From the human T2T-CHM13v2.0 reference genome, Homo sapiens: 64,000 nt of DNA. Both the position numbers and the translations under genes were made by a program. This document shows positions 41,951 through 60,304 of this stretch, in pieces. Each line of letters opens with the position of its first letter. The first letter of the stretch is position 1. The stretch is taken from the NCBI RefSeq assembly GCF_009914755.1, contig NC_060947.1; one strand, written 5' to 3'. The notes beneath the pieces were generated by a model that saw only the letters and a program-made list of their open reading frames with translations, was not told the origin of the DNA and did not search any database.

Positions 41951-42975
41951 ATGGGGAGAAACCAGAGAAGAAAAGCTGAAATTCTAAAAACCAGAGTGCC
42001 TCTTCTCCTCCAAAGGATTGCAGCTCCTCGCCAACAATGGAACAAAGCTGGATGGAGAATGACTTTGATGAGTTGACAGAAGCAGGCTTCAGAAGGTCGG
42101 TAGTAACAAACTTCTCCGAGCTAACGGAGCATGTTCTAACCATCACAAAGAAGCTAAAAACCTTGAAAAAAGGTGAGACGAATGGCTAACTAGAATAAAC
42201 AGCATAGAGAAGACCTTAAATGACCTGATGGAGCTGAAAACCATGGCATGAGAACTTCGTGACGCATTCACAAGCTTCAATAGCCGATTTGATCAAGTGG
42301 GAGAAACGGTATCAGTGATTGAAGATCATATTAATGAAATAAAGCGAGAAGACAAGTTTGGAGAAAAAAAGAGTAAAAAGGAACGAACACAGACTCCAAG
42401 AAATATGGGACTAAGTGAAAAGACTAAATTTATGTTTCATTGGTGTACCTGAAAATGATGGGGAGAATGGAACTAAGTTGGAAAACACTCTTCAAGATAT
42501 TATGCAGGAGAACTTCCCCAACCTAGCAAGGTAGGCCAACATTCAAATTCAGGAAATACAGAGAACACCACAAAGATACTCCTCGAGAAGAGCAACCCCA
42601 AGACCCATAATTGTCAGATTCACCAAGGTGGAAATGAAGGAAAAAATTTTAAGGGCAGCCAGAGAGAAGGGTTGGGTTACCCACAAAGCAAAGCCCATCA
42701 CACTAACAGCGGATCTCTCAGCAGAAACCCTACGAGCCAGAAGAGAGTGGGGGCCAATATTCAACATTCTTAAAGAAAAGAATTTTCAGCCCAGAATTTC
42801 ATATCCAGCCAAACTAAGCTTCATAAATGAAGGAGAAATAAAATCCTACACAGACAAGCAAATTCTGAGAGATTTTGTCACCAGCAGGCCTGCCTTACAA
42901 GAGCTCCTGAAGGAAGCACTAAACATGGAAAGGAACAACTGGTACCAGCCACTGCAAAAACATGCCAAATTGTAA
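41951..42975 (+). pseudogene. L1 ORF1p remnant (disrupted)
   Basis: ATGGGGAGAAACCAG start. C-terminal KEKILRAAREKG...NNWYQPLQKHAKL. Internal stops/frameshifts. Confidence 0.92.
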
Positions 42976-43037
42976 ATACCATCAATGCCATGAAGAAACT
43001 GCATCAATTAATGGCAAAATAACCAGCTAACATCATA

Positions 43038-47213
<4,176 letters not shown>

Positions 47214-47644
47214 ACAATGAGAACACTTGGACACAGGGTGGGGAACATCGCACACTGGGGCCTGCTGGGGTGTGGTGGGCTGGGGGAAGGATAGCATTAG
47301 GAGAAGTACCTGATGTAAATGATGAGTTGATGGGTGCAGCAAACCAACATGGCACATGTATACCTATGTAACAAACCTGCACATTCTGCACATGTACCCT
47401 AGAACTTAAAGTATAATAATTAAAAAAGAAAATCTGGTACATTTACACCATGGAAAACTATGCAGCAATAAAAAAAGAATGAGATTATGTCCTTTTCAGG
47501 AACATGGATGGAGATGGAGGCCATTATCCTTAGCAAACTAATGCTGAAATAGAAAACCGAGTACTGCATGTTCTCACTTACAAATGGGAGCTAAAGGATA
47601 AGAACATATGGGCAGAGTGGAGAAATAGACACTGGGGGTTTCTT

Positions 47645-47757
47645 GTAAGTATATATATATATACTTACGTATATATATACTTACATATATATACTTACAT
47701 ATATATATACTTACATATATATACTTACATATATATATGCTTACATATATATATATG
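47645..47757. repeat. AT-rich palindrome plus (TA)nCTTAC minisatellite
   Basis: Perfect 24-bp palindrome GTAAGTATATATATATATACTTAC, then alternating 16/14-bp units. Confidence 0.92.
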
Positions 47758-49069
47758 AGTTGCATGTTTTGATCTACTTGGGCAATCTCTGTCTTTTAAT
47801 TGGCATATTTAGACTATTGACATTCCAAGTGATTATTGATATACTTGGATTAATATATACCATATTTGTTACTGTTTATTTGTTGCTCTGGCTTTTTGTT
47901 TCTATTTTTGTCTTATACTCTTTTTTCTGCCTATTGTTGTTTTAATTGAGCATTTTATATCATTTTGCTTGTCCTTTTTCCTTAAAAACTGTTTTATTTC
48001 CTTTCTTAGGTTTTTTTCCCCATGGTTGCCCTAGAGTTTGCAATATACATTTACGAGTAATGCAACCCACTTTTGAATAAGATGATAATAACAAAATAAT
48101 ACCAATTCCCTTTTCCTGTCCTTCATATCCCCACTGTTATTCGTTTTATTATATACATACTTACATAAGAATATGCCATACAAGATATAAATATAAGCAT
48201 ACAAAATTTAATATGTTATTGCTCTTATTATTTTGAACAAACATCTATTTGTCAATTAAGAATGAGAAAAAAAATAAAAGTTTTTATTTTATATTAACTA
48301 TTTCTTCTTGGATGTTCTTTCTTACTTTATGTAGCTCTGCATTTCTGGCCTATATTACTTTCCTTCTCTCTAAAATTTTTTTTTAAATGTTTTCTGTAAG
48401 GCAAGTCTACTGGAAAAAAATTCCTTCAATTTTTGTTTGTTGGAGAAGTCTTTATTTCTCCTTCACTTTTAAAGGACAATTTTGCAGTTCGTAAAACTTA
48501 AGTTATTGTCTTTTTCTCTCTAAACACTTTCATTATTTCATTCTACTCTCTTCTTGCTTGCATGCTTCTGTAAAGAAGTGGCATGTAATTCTTGTCTTTT
48601 CTTCCCTTTGGGTAAGACTTCTTTTCCCTTCTGGGTTCTTTCAGAATTTTTTTTCTTTTATCTTTGATTTTCTGTAGTTTGAAAATAATATGCCCAAGTG
48701 TAGTTTTTTGTTTTGTTTTTGTTTTATTTTTTGTTTGTTTGTAAAACAACAATGTAAAACAGTTGGACTGCATGGAGTTCTGTGAGATTCCTGGATCTGT
48801 GGTTTGGTGCCTGACATTAATTTGGGGAAATTCTTAGTCATTATTTTTTCAAATATTTCTTCTGCTTCTTGCTTTTTTTCTTCCCCTCTGGTATTCCCAA
48901 TATACATCACATGTTACACCTTTTGTAGTTGTCCCACAGTTCTTGGATATTCTGTTCTTCATTTTTCAGTCTTCGTTCTTTATGCATTTCAGTTTTTGAG
49001 GTTTCTTTTGATATATCTTGAAGCTCAGAGATTTTTCCTTAACCGTGTGGAGTCTACGAAAAATCCCAT

Positions 49070-49475
49070 TGTGTTAGTCCATTCTGCTTTGCTTTAAAGG
49101 AATACCTGAGACTGGGTAATCTATAAGGAAAAAAAAAAGGCTTATTTGGCTCATGGTTCTACCAGCTCTACAAGAAGCACGGTGTCAGCACCTGCCTCTG
49201 GTGAAACCTCAGGAAGCTTTCACTCAAGGTGGAAGGGAAGGGGAGCTGATGTGTTACACAGTAAGAGAGGGAGCAAGAGAGATGCCAGGCTCTTTTAATC
49301 AACCAGCTCTTGCATAAACTAATAGATTGAGATCACACTCATCACCATCAAGATGGCACCAAATCCTTCATGAGAGATCAGACTCTGTGAACCAAACACC
49401 TCCAACTAGGCCCCGCCTCCAACATTGGGGATCACTTCATGAGACTTGGAGGGGACACATATCCAAACTCTATCA
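49070..49475 (-). mobile_element. MSTB-like solo LTR
   Basis: TGTGTTAGTCCATT...ATCCAAACTCTATCA. Exact TSD CCCAT. Confidence 0.92.
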
Positions 49476-49982
49476 CCCATCAAAGGCATTCTTCATTTCT
49501 ATTACAGTGTTTATCTCTAGCATTTCTTTTTGTTCCTTCCTTAGAATTTCCAGCTCTCTGCTTGTATTGAGCATCTGTTCTTACATGCTGTCTACTTTAT
49601 CTATTACAGCTCGTATCATATTAATTATGGTTGTTTAAATTCACTTACTGATAGTTCCAACATTCCTGCAATATCTGGTTCTGATGCTTTCTCTGTCTCT
49701 TCAAACTGCCTTTTGCCTTTTAGTATAACTTATAATTTCTTGATAGCTGGACAAGATGAATTAAGTATAAGAAACTGCTGCAGATAGGTTTCTAGTAATG
49801 TGGTGGTAAGGTGGATGGCGGGAGAGGAAGTGGTCTGTGGTCCTATTTTAGAGCCTCTTGCCTCTAGACTAGGAAGTTAAGTTTTTTTATTTGTTTTTTT
49901 CATACTGAGTCATCTTAATTTTCTTCTACTTCTTTTAACATCTAGCACATTTTGCTGTAGACTAAGAAAATAAGATAAAATA

Positions 49983-50184
49983 CAGTTGAACCTCCTCCAT
50001 AGGTTCTGCATCCACAGATTCAACAAATAGTGGATTGAAAACAGTATTCAAGGAATGCAGAACCCCCTGTTTCTAAGGGTCAGTTGATCATAACCACGGT
50101 TTCTTTGGGGTGGACTATGGAACTTGAACCTCAGCGAATTTTGATATCCCCAAGCATCCTGGAACCCATACCGAGGGATGACTA
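49983..50184. mobile_element. MER8-like Tigger MITE
   Basis: TA-CAGTTG...GGTTCTGCATCCACAGATTCAAC...ATACCGAGGGATGACTA-TA. Confidence 0.8.
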
Positions 50185-51059
50185 TATTTCTATGAAAGCT
50201 CACCCCCCAGAATGCATTATGTAAAGTTAAATGCATGCCCGTGTGTGTATACATGCATGCTCTTAAATAAACTACTGCCCAGTCTTGGTTATGTAAGATT
50301 CTAGAAAATCTGAAAGGAAATATATAAAAGGAAGGAGAAAAAAGTTGCTGTAGTGCCCTTGAAGCTCAATAATACAGCAGCCAAAAGAAAACCTTTAGAA
50401 TCACAAGGGAAACACAATTTACAGCCAGAAGCTCACCGTAATATCTTTAGTACTTGACAAAGAAATGGGTAGAATCAAGTTAGTGATTATGCAGCTGAAC
50501 ATAGTACAGTTTGTGGCATTTGCTTACAAAAACATGCAAGAAACTGTATGATTACTAAGTGCCCTTTGCATATATGATTTGCTACTTTCATTTCTGCTCC
50601 CCCTTGAAACTGTTTTACTGTCTGGAATTACTATGAGAAAAATCCATGTTATTTTTTATAGGCCATATCTTTAATTAGTTAATTAATTAATTTGGTCTTC
50701 ATGTCAGTTTCCATTCCCCAAAGTAATGTGGGAAGACTGTTTACAGAGTCATAATATGCTAAAGAGTTGTAACAAAAGTAACATGCTTCCTACTCCACAC
50801 CAAACTGCTTGCCAAAAGCAACCATTTCAACTCATTCAGTGGTTTCTTCTGGTTTTTACTTCCTAAATAAAGCATTTATTACTATTATCGATATCTCCTG
50901 AGAGGTCCAAGTTAGATGCCATCTCTCGACCTTCCTGTTGTGAAAAAGGAGGTTCACTTACATCCTTTCTCCTGTCCTTTCAACATCATAACGCCACAAT
51001 TTTTGGTTACATTCACAATCACTAAAAAGTGTACACGGCCGACCAACTAATATGCTATG

Positions 51060-51191
51060 TTTTTCTTTTTTTATTTCAATAGTTTTGGGGGAACAGGAGG
51101 TGTTTGGTTCTATGTGAAAGTTCTTTAGTGGTGATTTTTGAAATTTATCCTTCACCCCCCTCCCACCCTTCCCCCTGAGTCCCCAAAGTCC
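51060..51191 (-). mobile_element. Very short L1PB1-like 3' end
   Basis: TTTTATTTCAATAGTTTTGGGGGAACAGGAGGTGTTTGG...AGTTCTTTAGTGGTGATTT...CCCCTGAGTCCCCAAAGTCC. Confidence 0.82.
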
Positions 51192-51894
51192 CTAGGATGG
51201 ATAGGATTGCTAGCTTAGACTAGAGTTGGATATTTCCTTTCTCTTGTATTACGTGCTAGAGTGAGTTAGAGCTGAAAATTTCCCTTCTCCGAGGTCAGTT
51301 AGACTCTAATAAAGTCCTAGCAGGTTAAGCTTTGGTTAACTAGTTTTTCCTGAGGACATATTTTGTTAAGAAGAACAGTGTTCTGGCATATTTCAAAATG
51401 ATTTCTTTTTCCTATTCCCCTGCTGGAAGCATGAGGGCATTTTTCTGATATTTAGTGCAAGAACTCCTGGAGGTAAAACTCAAAAAAGTGTGGGAGCCCC
51501 TTCTAATACTGGGTACCCTGGAGTTTTTAACTGTGAAACTTACGCACGCTTCGCCTCCAGAATTTTGCTGATTAGAGTTCAAGTTTTCTTACTCCAGGAC
51601 TGGTTCCTATGAAGGTTTCTGCTCTGGTATGTTGTGACTCTATACCTGCTTGTCTGTCTTTTCAATTTTCAGGGCAGTCATTTGCCATGAACTCAATTAT
51701 GTTATGTATCTGAAAAAAGTTGTTGATTTTTTGGATTGTTCATCTTTTTACTTGTTGTTAGGATGGAGCAGTGACTTCCAAGCTCCTTATATGCAGAAAT
51801 GGCAATTAAAATTACAACTTTTTTTTTACTTTATTTTTTTTTACAAATATAAGAAGGGCTGTGATTTTGTTGCTCAACGTTTACTTTCTCAATC

Positions 51895-52055
51895 AGTATG
51901 CTTAATATTCATAACAACACTTTTGTACATATGGAACTTGGGAAGAAAGAGATTAAATGACTTGCATAAGGTCACAGAGTAAATAAGTGGTGAATCAAGG
52001 GACTTCAACACAGGCTTGTCTGACACAAAAATAAGTGCATTTTAGCCTATACCAC
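51895..52055 (-). mobile_element. MIR
   Basis: AGAGATTAAATGACTTGCATAAGGTCACAGAGTAAATAAGTGG. Confidence 0.8.
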
Positions 52056-52236
52056 GTGGTCTCTGGGGCTCGCTCTAGGGTAGGCAGATATGATCTGCCT
52101 TATACTTGAAAAAGAATAGCTAATTATTGGATTTTCTATGAAAATATGTTAGGGAATGGCAGAGATTAGGATCAACCCTACTCAGATCTCATGGACTGAG
52201 AGGGAATGTGTGGTCCCCAAAGTAAATCAAGGGGTC

Positions 52237-52833
52237 TGTAATACAGAATTCTAAGATGGCCTCCAAGTTGTTGCCGTGGTGTTTATACCCTGTATAATCC
52301 TCTCCTCTTGAGTTTGGGCAGGACCTGTGAATAGGTTATATGGCAAAGGTGAAAAGACTTTTCAGATATAAATTCCCTAATCCGTTGATTATGAGTCAAT
52401 CAAAAGGGATAGTATACTGGCTGTGCCTGACCTAATCAAGTGAGCCCTTTTAAAAAGGGACTAAGCCTTCTCTAAAGTCATAGTCTCAAAGCAGCAAAGA
52501 TACCCTTTTGCTGGACTTGAATAAACAAACAACCGTGTTGTGAACTGCCTGTGAAAAGGGGAAGCCATTAGGATCTGAGATCCTCAGTCCTACAGCAGCA
52601 AGGACCTGAACTCTACTGACAATTTAAATGAGGCTGGAAGCAGATCCCCACCTCCAGATTAGCACATAGCTCAGCTGACATACATGATTGCAACCTTAGA
52701 AAACCCTGAATTGAGGATGCAGCGTAGCTGTGCCCAGACTACTGATGCATAGAAACTGTAAGGTAAAAAATCAGTGTTGTTTTAAGCCATTAAGTGTGTG
52801 GTAATTTGTTATACAAAATGGAAAACTAATGCA
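52237..52833 (+). mobile_element. MLT1E-family solo LTR
   Basis: CAGAATTCTAAGATGGCCTCCAAG start, GGTAATTTGTTATACAAAATGGAAAACTAATGCA end. TSD GGGTC/AGGTC. Confidence 0.85.
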
Positions 52834-52877
52834 AGGTCATTATCTTGTTTGGGGCAGGGTAAAATATCAGCCACCTT

Positions 52878-53411
52878 TGTCTTACTCCATCTAGTGCTGC
52901 TATAATGGAATACTTAAGACTGGATAATATATAAAAAAGAGAAATGTATTTCCTCACAGTTCTAGAGACTGGGAAGTCCAATATTAAGATGCCAGCATCT
53001 TGTGAGGACCTTCTTGCTGCATCATCACAGGGTAGAAGGCATCACATGGTGGAAGGGTGAAGAGGGAACAAAAGGGAGCTGACTTGTCCTTTTATAATAG
53101 CATTAATCCACCCATGAGGGAGGACACCACATGGCCTAATCACCTCTCAGAAGTCCCAGCTCTTCGCCAGACTTGGTGGCACATGCCTGTAGTCCTGTAG
53201 TTCAAGCTACTTAAGAGGCTGAGGTGGGAGGACCATTGGAGCCCCCAAATTCAAGGCTGCAGTGAGCTATAATTGCACCACTGCACTTAAGCCTGAGCAA
53301 CAGAATGAGACATCATCTTAAAATTTAAAATGTCCCTGCTCTTACTACTGTTACAATGGCAATTAAATTTCAACGTGAATTTTGGAGAGGACAAACATCC
53401 AAACCATAGCA
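52878..53411 (-). mobile_element. MSTD-like solo LTR containing an Alu monomer
   Basis: TCACAGTTCTAGAGACTGGGAAGTCCAA...GGACAAACATCCAAACCATAGCA. Confidence 0.85.
53165..53328 (+). mobile_element. FRAM / right Alu monomer
   Basis: Single monomer with GGCTGCAGTGAGCTATAATTGCACCACTGCAC. TSD GTCCC(A/T)GCTCTT. Confidence 0.85.
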
Positions 53412-54194
53412 ACTCCCTCCAGGTCTCCCTCCTGTTCTAGGTGTTCTGCCTAGCTGCCTAGAGAAAGCGATGTAAAAAGCTGAGGCATAAATATCAGAAA
53501 CAGCTATCTATGCAAAGAAGAATATAAATATTTCAGAAATAGAGGCTAACTTGCACAAAGGGCTAGAGGTGAAAAAGAGAGAGAAAGGCTCATTCTGATT
53601 TGAGATATCACAAAATGCTTTTTAGAAAAGCTGAGACTTACTGTATTCGTGAGAAAGAAAAAGAAAATCCTCAAATCCCTCCTTCTGCCATTGCAGCTTA
53701 CTTGGCAGAATGTCTGTTGAGGATGTCTCAGAGCACATTTTATTTACCCCACCAAGTTTTAGGCTTTTTTCAGATGGCAGTGAAATAATTAATCACCAGC
53801 AGAAGTTTGAAAACAGTCCATTCAGTGGGGAGAGAAAAAATTTTCTGTCAACTGACTTGGACACCAAACAAGTAGATGATTGAATTTCTTTCCTTAGGAA
53901 GGGACCAGCTGACACAGTAATTGAGAAAAGCAGAATTTCCTCCTATCCCTAGAGAAGAAAAGAGTTTCATTTTTACAGTTGATATATTCCCTCTGAGTAG
54001 GGAGGCATTTCATCAATTCATTTCATGTTGTGATTTAATTTCATTTCTCTTAAACTAATTAGATACTGACTTCCTTCTGCCTCCACACTCAGTGGGTAGT
54101 GAGGAGAGATTCTAGATTGGCCTCTGATGCCTGAGGTCAGAAGACCAGAATCCAGAAGTGGGCTCTGTAGCTTCTTTGTAAAAATATCTTTTTT

Positions 54195-56115
<1,921 letters not shown>

Positions 56116-56289
56116 GAAAGTGAGCTGAGTTTACAGCCATAATCCTAGTTTGTTTTAAGTTAGTGGCTCTTTTTATTTTTGAGCAGGTGGGGATGAGAGA
56201 TAGAGCAGACAACAGGGCTACAGGCTCCAAGCCCTCAGGACTATACTGAGTCTGGGTAACATGGTTCACTAAGAGAGCAGCAAGATTCT

Positions 56290-56830
56290 GAATGCAGCAC
56301 CTCAAAGCTTTCATGTGCATGTGAATCATGCAGCAGTCTGGTTCTAATGCAGGTTCTAATTTAGTAGGTCTGAAGCTGTATTAATCCATTTTCACACTGC
56401 TATAACAAATTACTTGAGACTGGGCAATTTATAAAGGAAATAGGTTTAACTGACTCACAGTTCCACATGGCTGGGGAAACCTCAGGAAACTTACAATCAT
56501 GGTGGAAGGCAAAGGAGGAGCAAGTACCTTCTTCACAGGGCTGCAGGAGAGAGAGAATAGCAAAGGGGGCACTGCCAAACACTTTTAAAACCATCAGCTA
56601 TTGTGATAACTCACTCACTATCATGAGAACAGCATGGGGGAAACCTCCCCCATGAGCCAATCACCTCCCAGCAGGTCTCTCCCTCAACACATAGGAATTA
56701 CAATTCTAGATCAGATTTGGCCGGGACACAGAGCCAAACCATGTCAGAGGCAGAGTCTAAAACTGTTTCTGACAAACTCTCAGGTGAAACGGATGCTGCT
56801 GGTCACTGAAGCATACTTTGACAAGCAAAG
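56290..56830. mobile_element. MER5A-like MITE split by a THE1D LTR
   Basis: AATGCAGGTTCTAATTTAGTAGGTCTG...[LTR]...CTCTCAGGTGAAACGGATGCTGCTGGTC. Confidence 0.7.
56377..56746 (-). mobile_element. THE1D solo LTR
   Basis: TGTATTAATCCATTTTCACACTGCTATAA...GACACAGAGCCAAACCATGTCA. TSD GAAGC/GAGGC. Confidence 0.92.
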
Positions 56831-57300
56831 CACAATTGACATTAGTAAGAACTATCCAGCAGTCCAAAAAAGGAGGTAAAGCATTGAGACATTCAAACTG
56901 TTCCATCTAGCAAAAAAGAAAAAGAAAAGAAAAGAAAGAAAAGTCTGTAAGGGGAAATAAAGGGACTTGGCAAAGTCCACAAAACTAGGTAGCAGCAGAG
57001 TTGGGTTTAGGAATTCTGGTTTCAGACGCTGAGTTAAATGTTTATTCCCCAATACATGGCTGCCTCCTATGTCAATTACCATTCACTCTACCCAAAGTAC
57101 TTCTCCTCCCAAGATTCTCATCCAATTTCTCCTTTGTTTATTGCTTTTTATCGGCAGATTTCTTCAAAAGATAAACATTAGAGTTAAAAGGGGCATGCAA
57201 GTGTGATGGGTGTTCACATAGGGAACTATCTGTAGTACCCTAGTGCTATTTCTGGGCACAGAACTGACAGAGAGACTAATATCTATGTAGGCAAAGTGGT

Positions 57301-57970
57301 CATCTCAGTCTGTTTACAGACATTGGAATGTGTTATTCTGTATGTCTGTGGGAAAAAAAAAGTAACTTAACCACAGGTATGGTTTGGATATTTGACCCCT
57401 CCAAACCTCATGTTGAAATTTTATCCCCAGTGTTGGAGGTGAAGCCTAACAAAAAGCTGCAAACAAAGAAGAAATTGGCTGGGATTCTTGGGTAGAGTGA
57501 ATGGTAATTGACATAGGAGACAGCCACAGGTTGGGGAATAAACATTTAACTGTTCATAAGTATTGCTATAAAGAAATATCTGAGGCTGGGTAGTTTACAA
57601 AAAACATGATTTATTTGGTTCATAGTTCTGCAGGCTGTGCAAGAAGCATGGTGCCAGCATCTGGTTCTGATGAGGGCCTCAAGCTGCTTTCACTCATGGT
57701 GAAAGGCAAAGGGGAGCTGTGCACATCACCTTGTGAGAGAGAGGAAGGAAGAGAGAAAGAGTAAGTAGGGAGTGCCAGGATCTTTGCAACAACCAGTTCT
57801 CCTGGGAATTAATAGTGTGAGAATTCACTCATTACTGTGAGAATAGCACCAAACCATTAATGAGGGATCTGCCACTATGACCCAAACACTTCCCATTAGG
57901 CCCCGCCTCCAACATTGGGGATCAAATTTCAACATGAGCTTTGGAGCGGTCAAATATCCAAACTATAGCA
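57301..57970 (-). mobile_element. MSTB-like solo LTR interrupted at 57315-57551 by a templated insertion
   Basis: Exact TSD GTGGT at 57296-57300 and 57971-57975. Terminus CATCTCAGTCTGTT. Body 57552-57970 ends CAAATATCCAAACTATAGCA. Confidence 0.85.
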
Positions 57971-58026
57971 GTGGTTAAATTACTTTTTCCCCCCTACAAA
58001 CATACAGAATTACAAGTTCTATGTGT

Positions 58027-58500
58027 TGTAGGCAAAATTCTAAGACAGTCCTCAAGATTCCTCATACCCTTTATAACCCCAGGAACAGTGACTATAATAA
58101 ATTTCATTTCCATGATTTGGTTATGTTATGTTGATTTTATAGAAAGGGTGATTATTTAGGTAGTCCTGACCTAATCACATGAGCCCTTTAAATCTAACAT
58201 CATAGACAGGGAAGTAAGAGATTTGAGGCACAAGGCAGATTTGACATACCACTGTCTGCCTGAAGATGGAGGGAATCATGTCCCAAGAAAATCGGGACCT
58301 CAGTCCGACAACTGCAAGGAACTAAATTCTGCCGACAAGGAGAATAAAATTGGAAGCAGACTATTCCCCAGAGACTCCAGACAAAAACTTCAGTCCTGGC
58401 TGCTGGACATCTGACCTACAAAACTGTGAGCTAATAAATGGGTATTTGTTAAGTCACTAAGTTTGTGGTAATTTGCTATACAGTGATGGAGATACTATGC
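58027..58500 (+). mobile_element. MLT1E-family solo LTR
   Basis: TGTAGGCAAAATTCTAAGAC...CCTGACCTAATCACATGAGCCCTTTAAA...CTAAGTTTGTGGTAATTTGCTATACAG. Confidence 0.83.
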
Positions 58501-58719
58501 CTTTTTGATGAATGACTGGACTGGGTACCTATATTCCCCTCACTATCACGGCACTCAGAGTCACATTTGTGGCAAAAATGTTAACAGTTATAGAGGACTT
58601 TACAATGTGTAAGTCTATTTTCAATATTTTTATCTTTGTCACGTCTTCCCGTACTTTTGTGTATTTTGCTTGATTTTTCTATCCCTAATTATGTTTTAAC
58701 ATTTCATTTTGTGTAATCT

Positions 58720-58940
58720 TTTTTTAGTCTCATTATAAAAGCAATATGCGCTCATTGTAGAAGTGTGGAAAATACAGTTAGGCACAAGAAAAAAAAATAG
58801 GCATTAGAATTCTATCACTTCATCTGGAAAAAACAACTGTTAATGTTTTGCTGTATTCTTCTCAGTCTATTTCCCTGTGCCCATATGTATATTTTTATGT
58901 AATGAAATCACAGTGTATTATTATGCATAATCTGGTTGCA
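58720..58940 (-). mobile_element. L1ME4-like 3' end
   Basis: ATTATAAAAGCAATATGCGCTCATTGTAGAA...AACAACTGTTAATGTTTTG. Confidence 0.65.
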
Positions 58941-59100
58941 AGCTGCCTCAAAACTTTTGAGGAAAAAACAAGAAAGAAATTAACATGTGTTCATTGGTTT
59001 GAAGGTAGTTTTCTTTGAGCAGCTGGTTGTTGAGGTCAGCATATCTCACCTTTTTTGTTCGTTTCTTTATGTTTGTTCCATGACACTTAGTGTTCATCTC

Positions 59101-59634
59101 TGTTGAGGGTCCCTGAGACCACCTCCAGATTCAGTGATTTGCTAGGAGGACTCAAGACTCAGCATAGAGTCTCACTCATGACTATGATTTATTATGGCAT
59201 AAAGATACAAGGAAAAACCAGCAAAGTTGCATGGGCACAAGTTCTGATGGAAACCTGGAACAAGATTTAAGAGTCCTCTCCCAGGGAAGCCACACAAGAC
59301 ACATATTTAATTCCTCTAATGTAGAATTGCCATGTGAAGTGTTATCTGCTAAGGAAACTCATCAGTGACTCAGAGTTCAAGGAATATATTGAGACTGGTC
59401 ATTTAGGCAACCTCTGCCTAGCATGTACCAGAATTCCAAACTTCCAGAAAGAAAGCAGGTGTTTAGCATAAATCATATTGTTTGCACAAACAGCTTAGGC
59501 ACAGTGATCCCCTCTTCAGTTAGCAAGTAGTGGGAGCCCTCCAAAATCCAAATTCCCAGAGTACAGCCAACTGCCAACTCTGTAAGCATGTCTTTCTAAG
59601 ATAGTAGACCTGCTATGTTAAATCTTTCTGCATA
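59101..59634 (-). mobile_element. MER77-like ERVL solo LTR
   Basis: GAGACCACCTCCAGATTCAGTGATTTGCTAGGAGGACTCA...CCAGAAAGAAAGCAGGTGTTTAGCATAAATCATATTGTTTGCACAAACAG. Confidence 0.8.
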
Positions 59635-60013
59635 TCACCTGAATACCACACTCTCACGGTTCTCCTGAGCTTATGTACAATACCTAGCACCTTAGACATT
59701 CTCTCTCACATAGAGTATAATAGAATAGGGATGAGTGATAATAAGCTCGATATATTTTTAAAGTCAACCATAAACATATGTCTATTAAATGTGTATTAAG
59801 GTAATTATTAAGTTAGATGGATAGATGACCACGAAAGACCAATACCATGGTGAACCAGGGCTCTGGGTGGCCTACCTAGAAAGTCTGGATTTAGAGTGCT
59901 GCCTCTACTTCCTGAAGGTTTCTTTCTGCCTTTCCCCACCGGAATCAAGACTCCTAGCTAAAGGTCAGGCCCAGAGTTTCATGATGTGCTATAAGGTTAA
60001 GATTGAGACTTGT

Positions 60014-60304
60014 GGCCAGGCGCGGTGGCTCATGCCTGTAATCCCAGCACTTTGGGAGGCTGAGCTGGGCAGATCACCTGAGGTCAGAGGTTCGAGACCA
60101 GCCTGACCAACACAGAGAAACCCTGGCTCTACTAAGAATACAAAATTTGCCAGGCGTGTTGGCACATGCCTGTAATCCCAGCCACTCAGGAGGCTGAGGC
60201 AGGAGAAGAGCTTGAACCCAGGAGGCGGAAGTCGCGGTGAGCCGAGATCACGCCAATGCACTCCAGCCTGGGCAACAAGAGCAAAACTCCATCTCAAAAA
60301 AAGA
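60014..60304 (+). mobile_element. AluSp-like
   Basis: CCTGACCAACACAGAGAAACC, GCGGTGAGCCGAG, AACAAGAGC. TSD AAG(A/T)TTGAGACTTGT. Confidence 0.95.
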
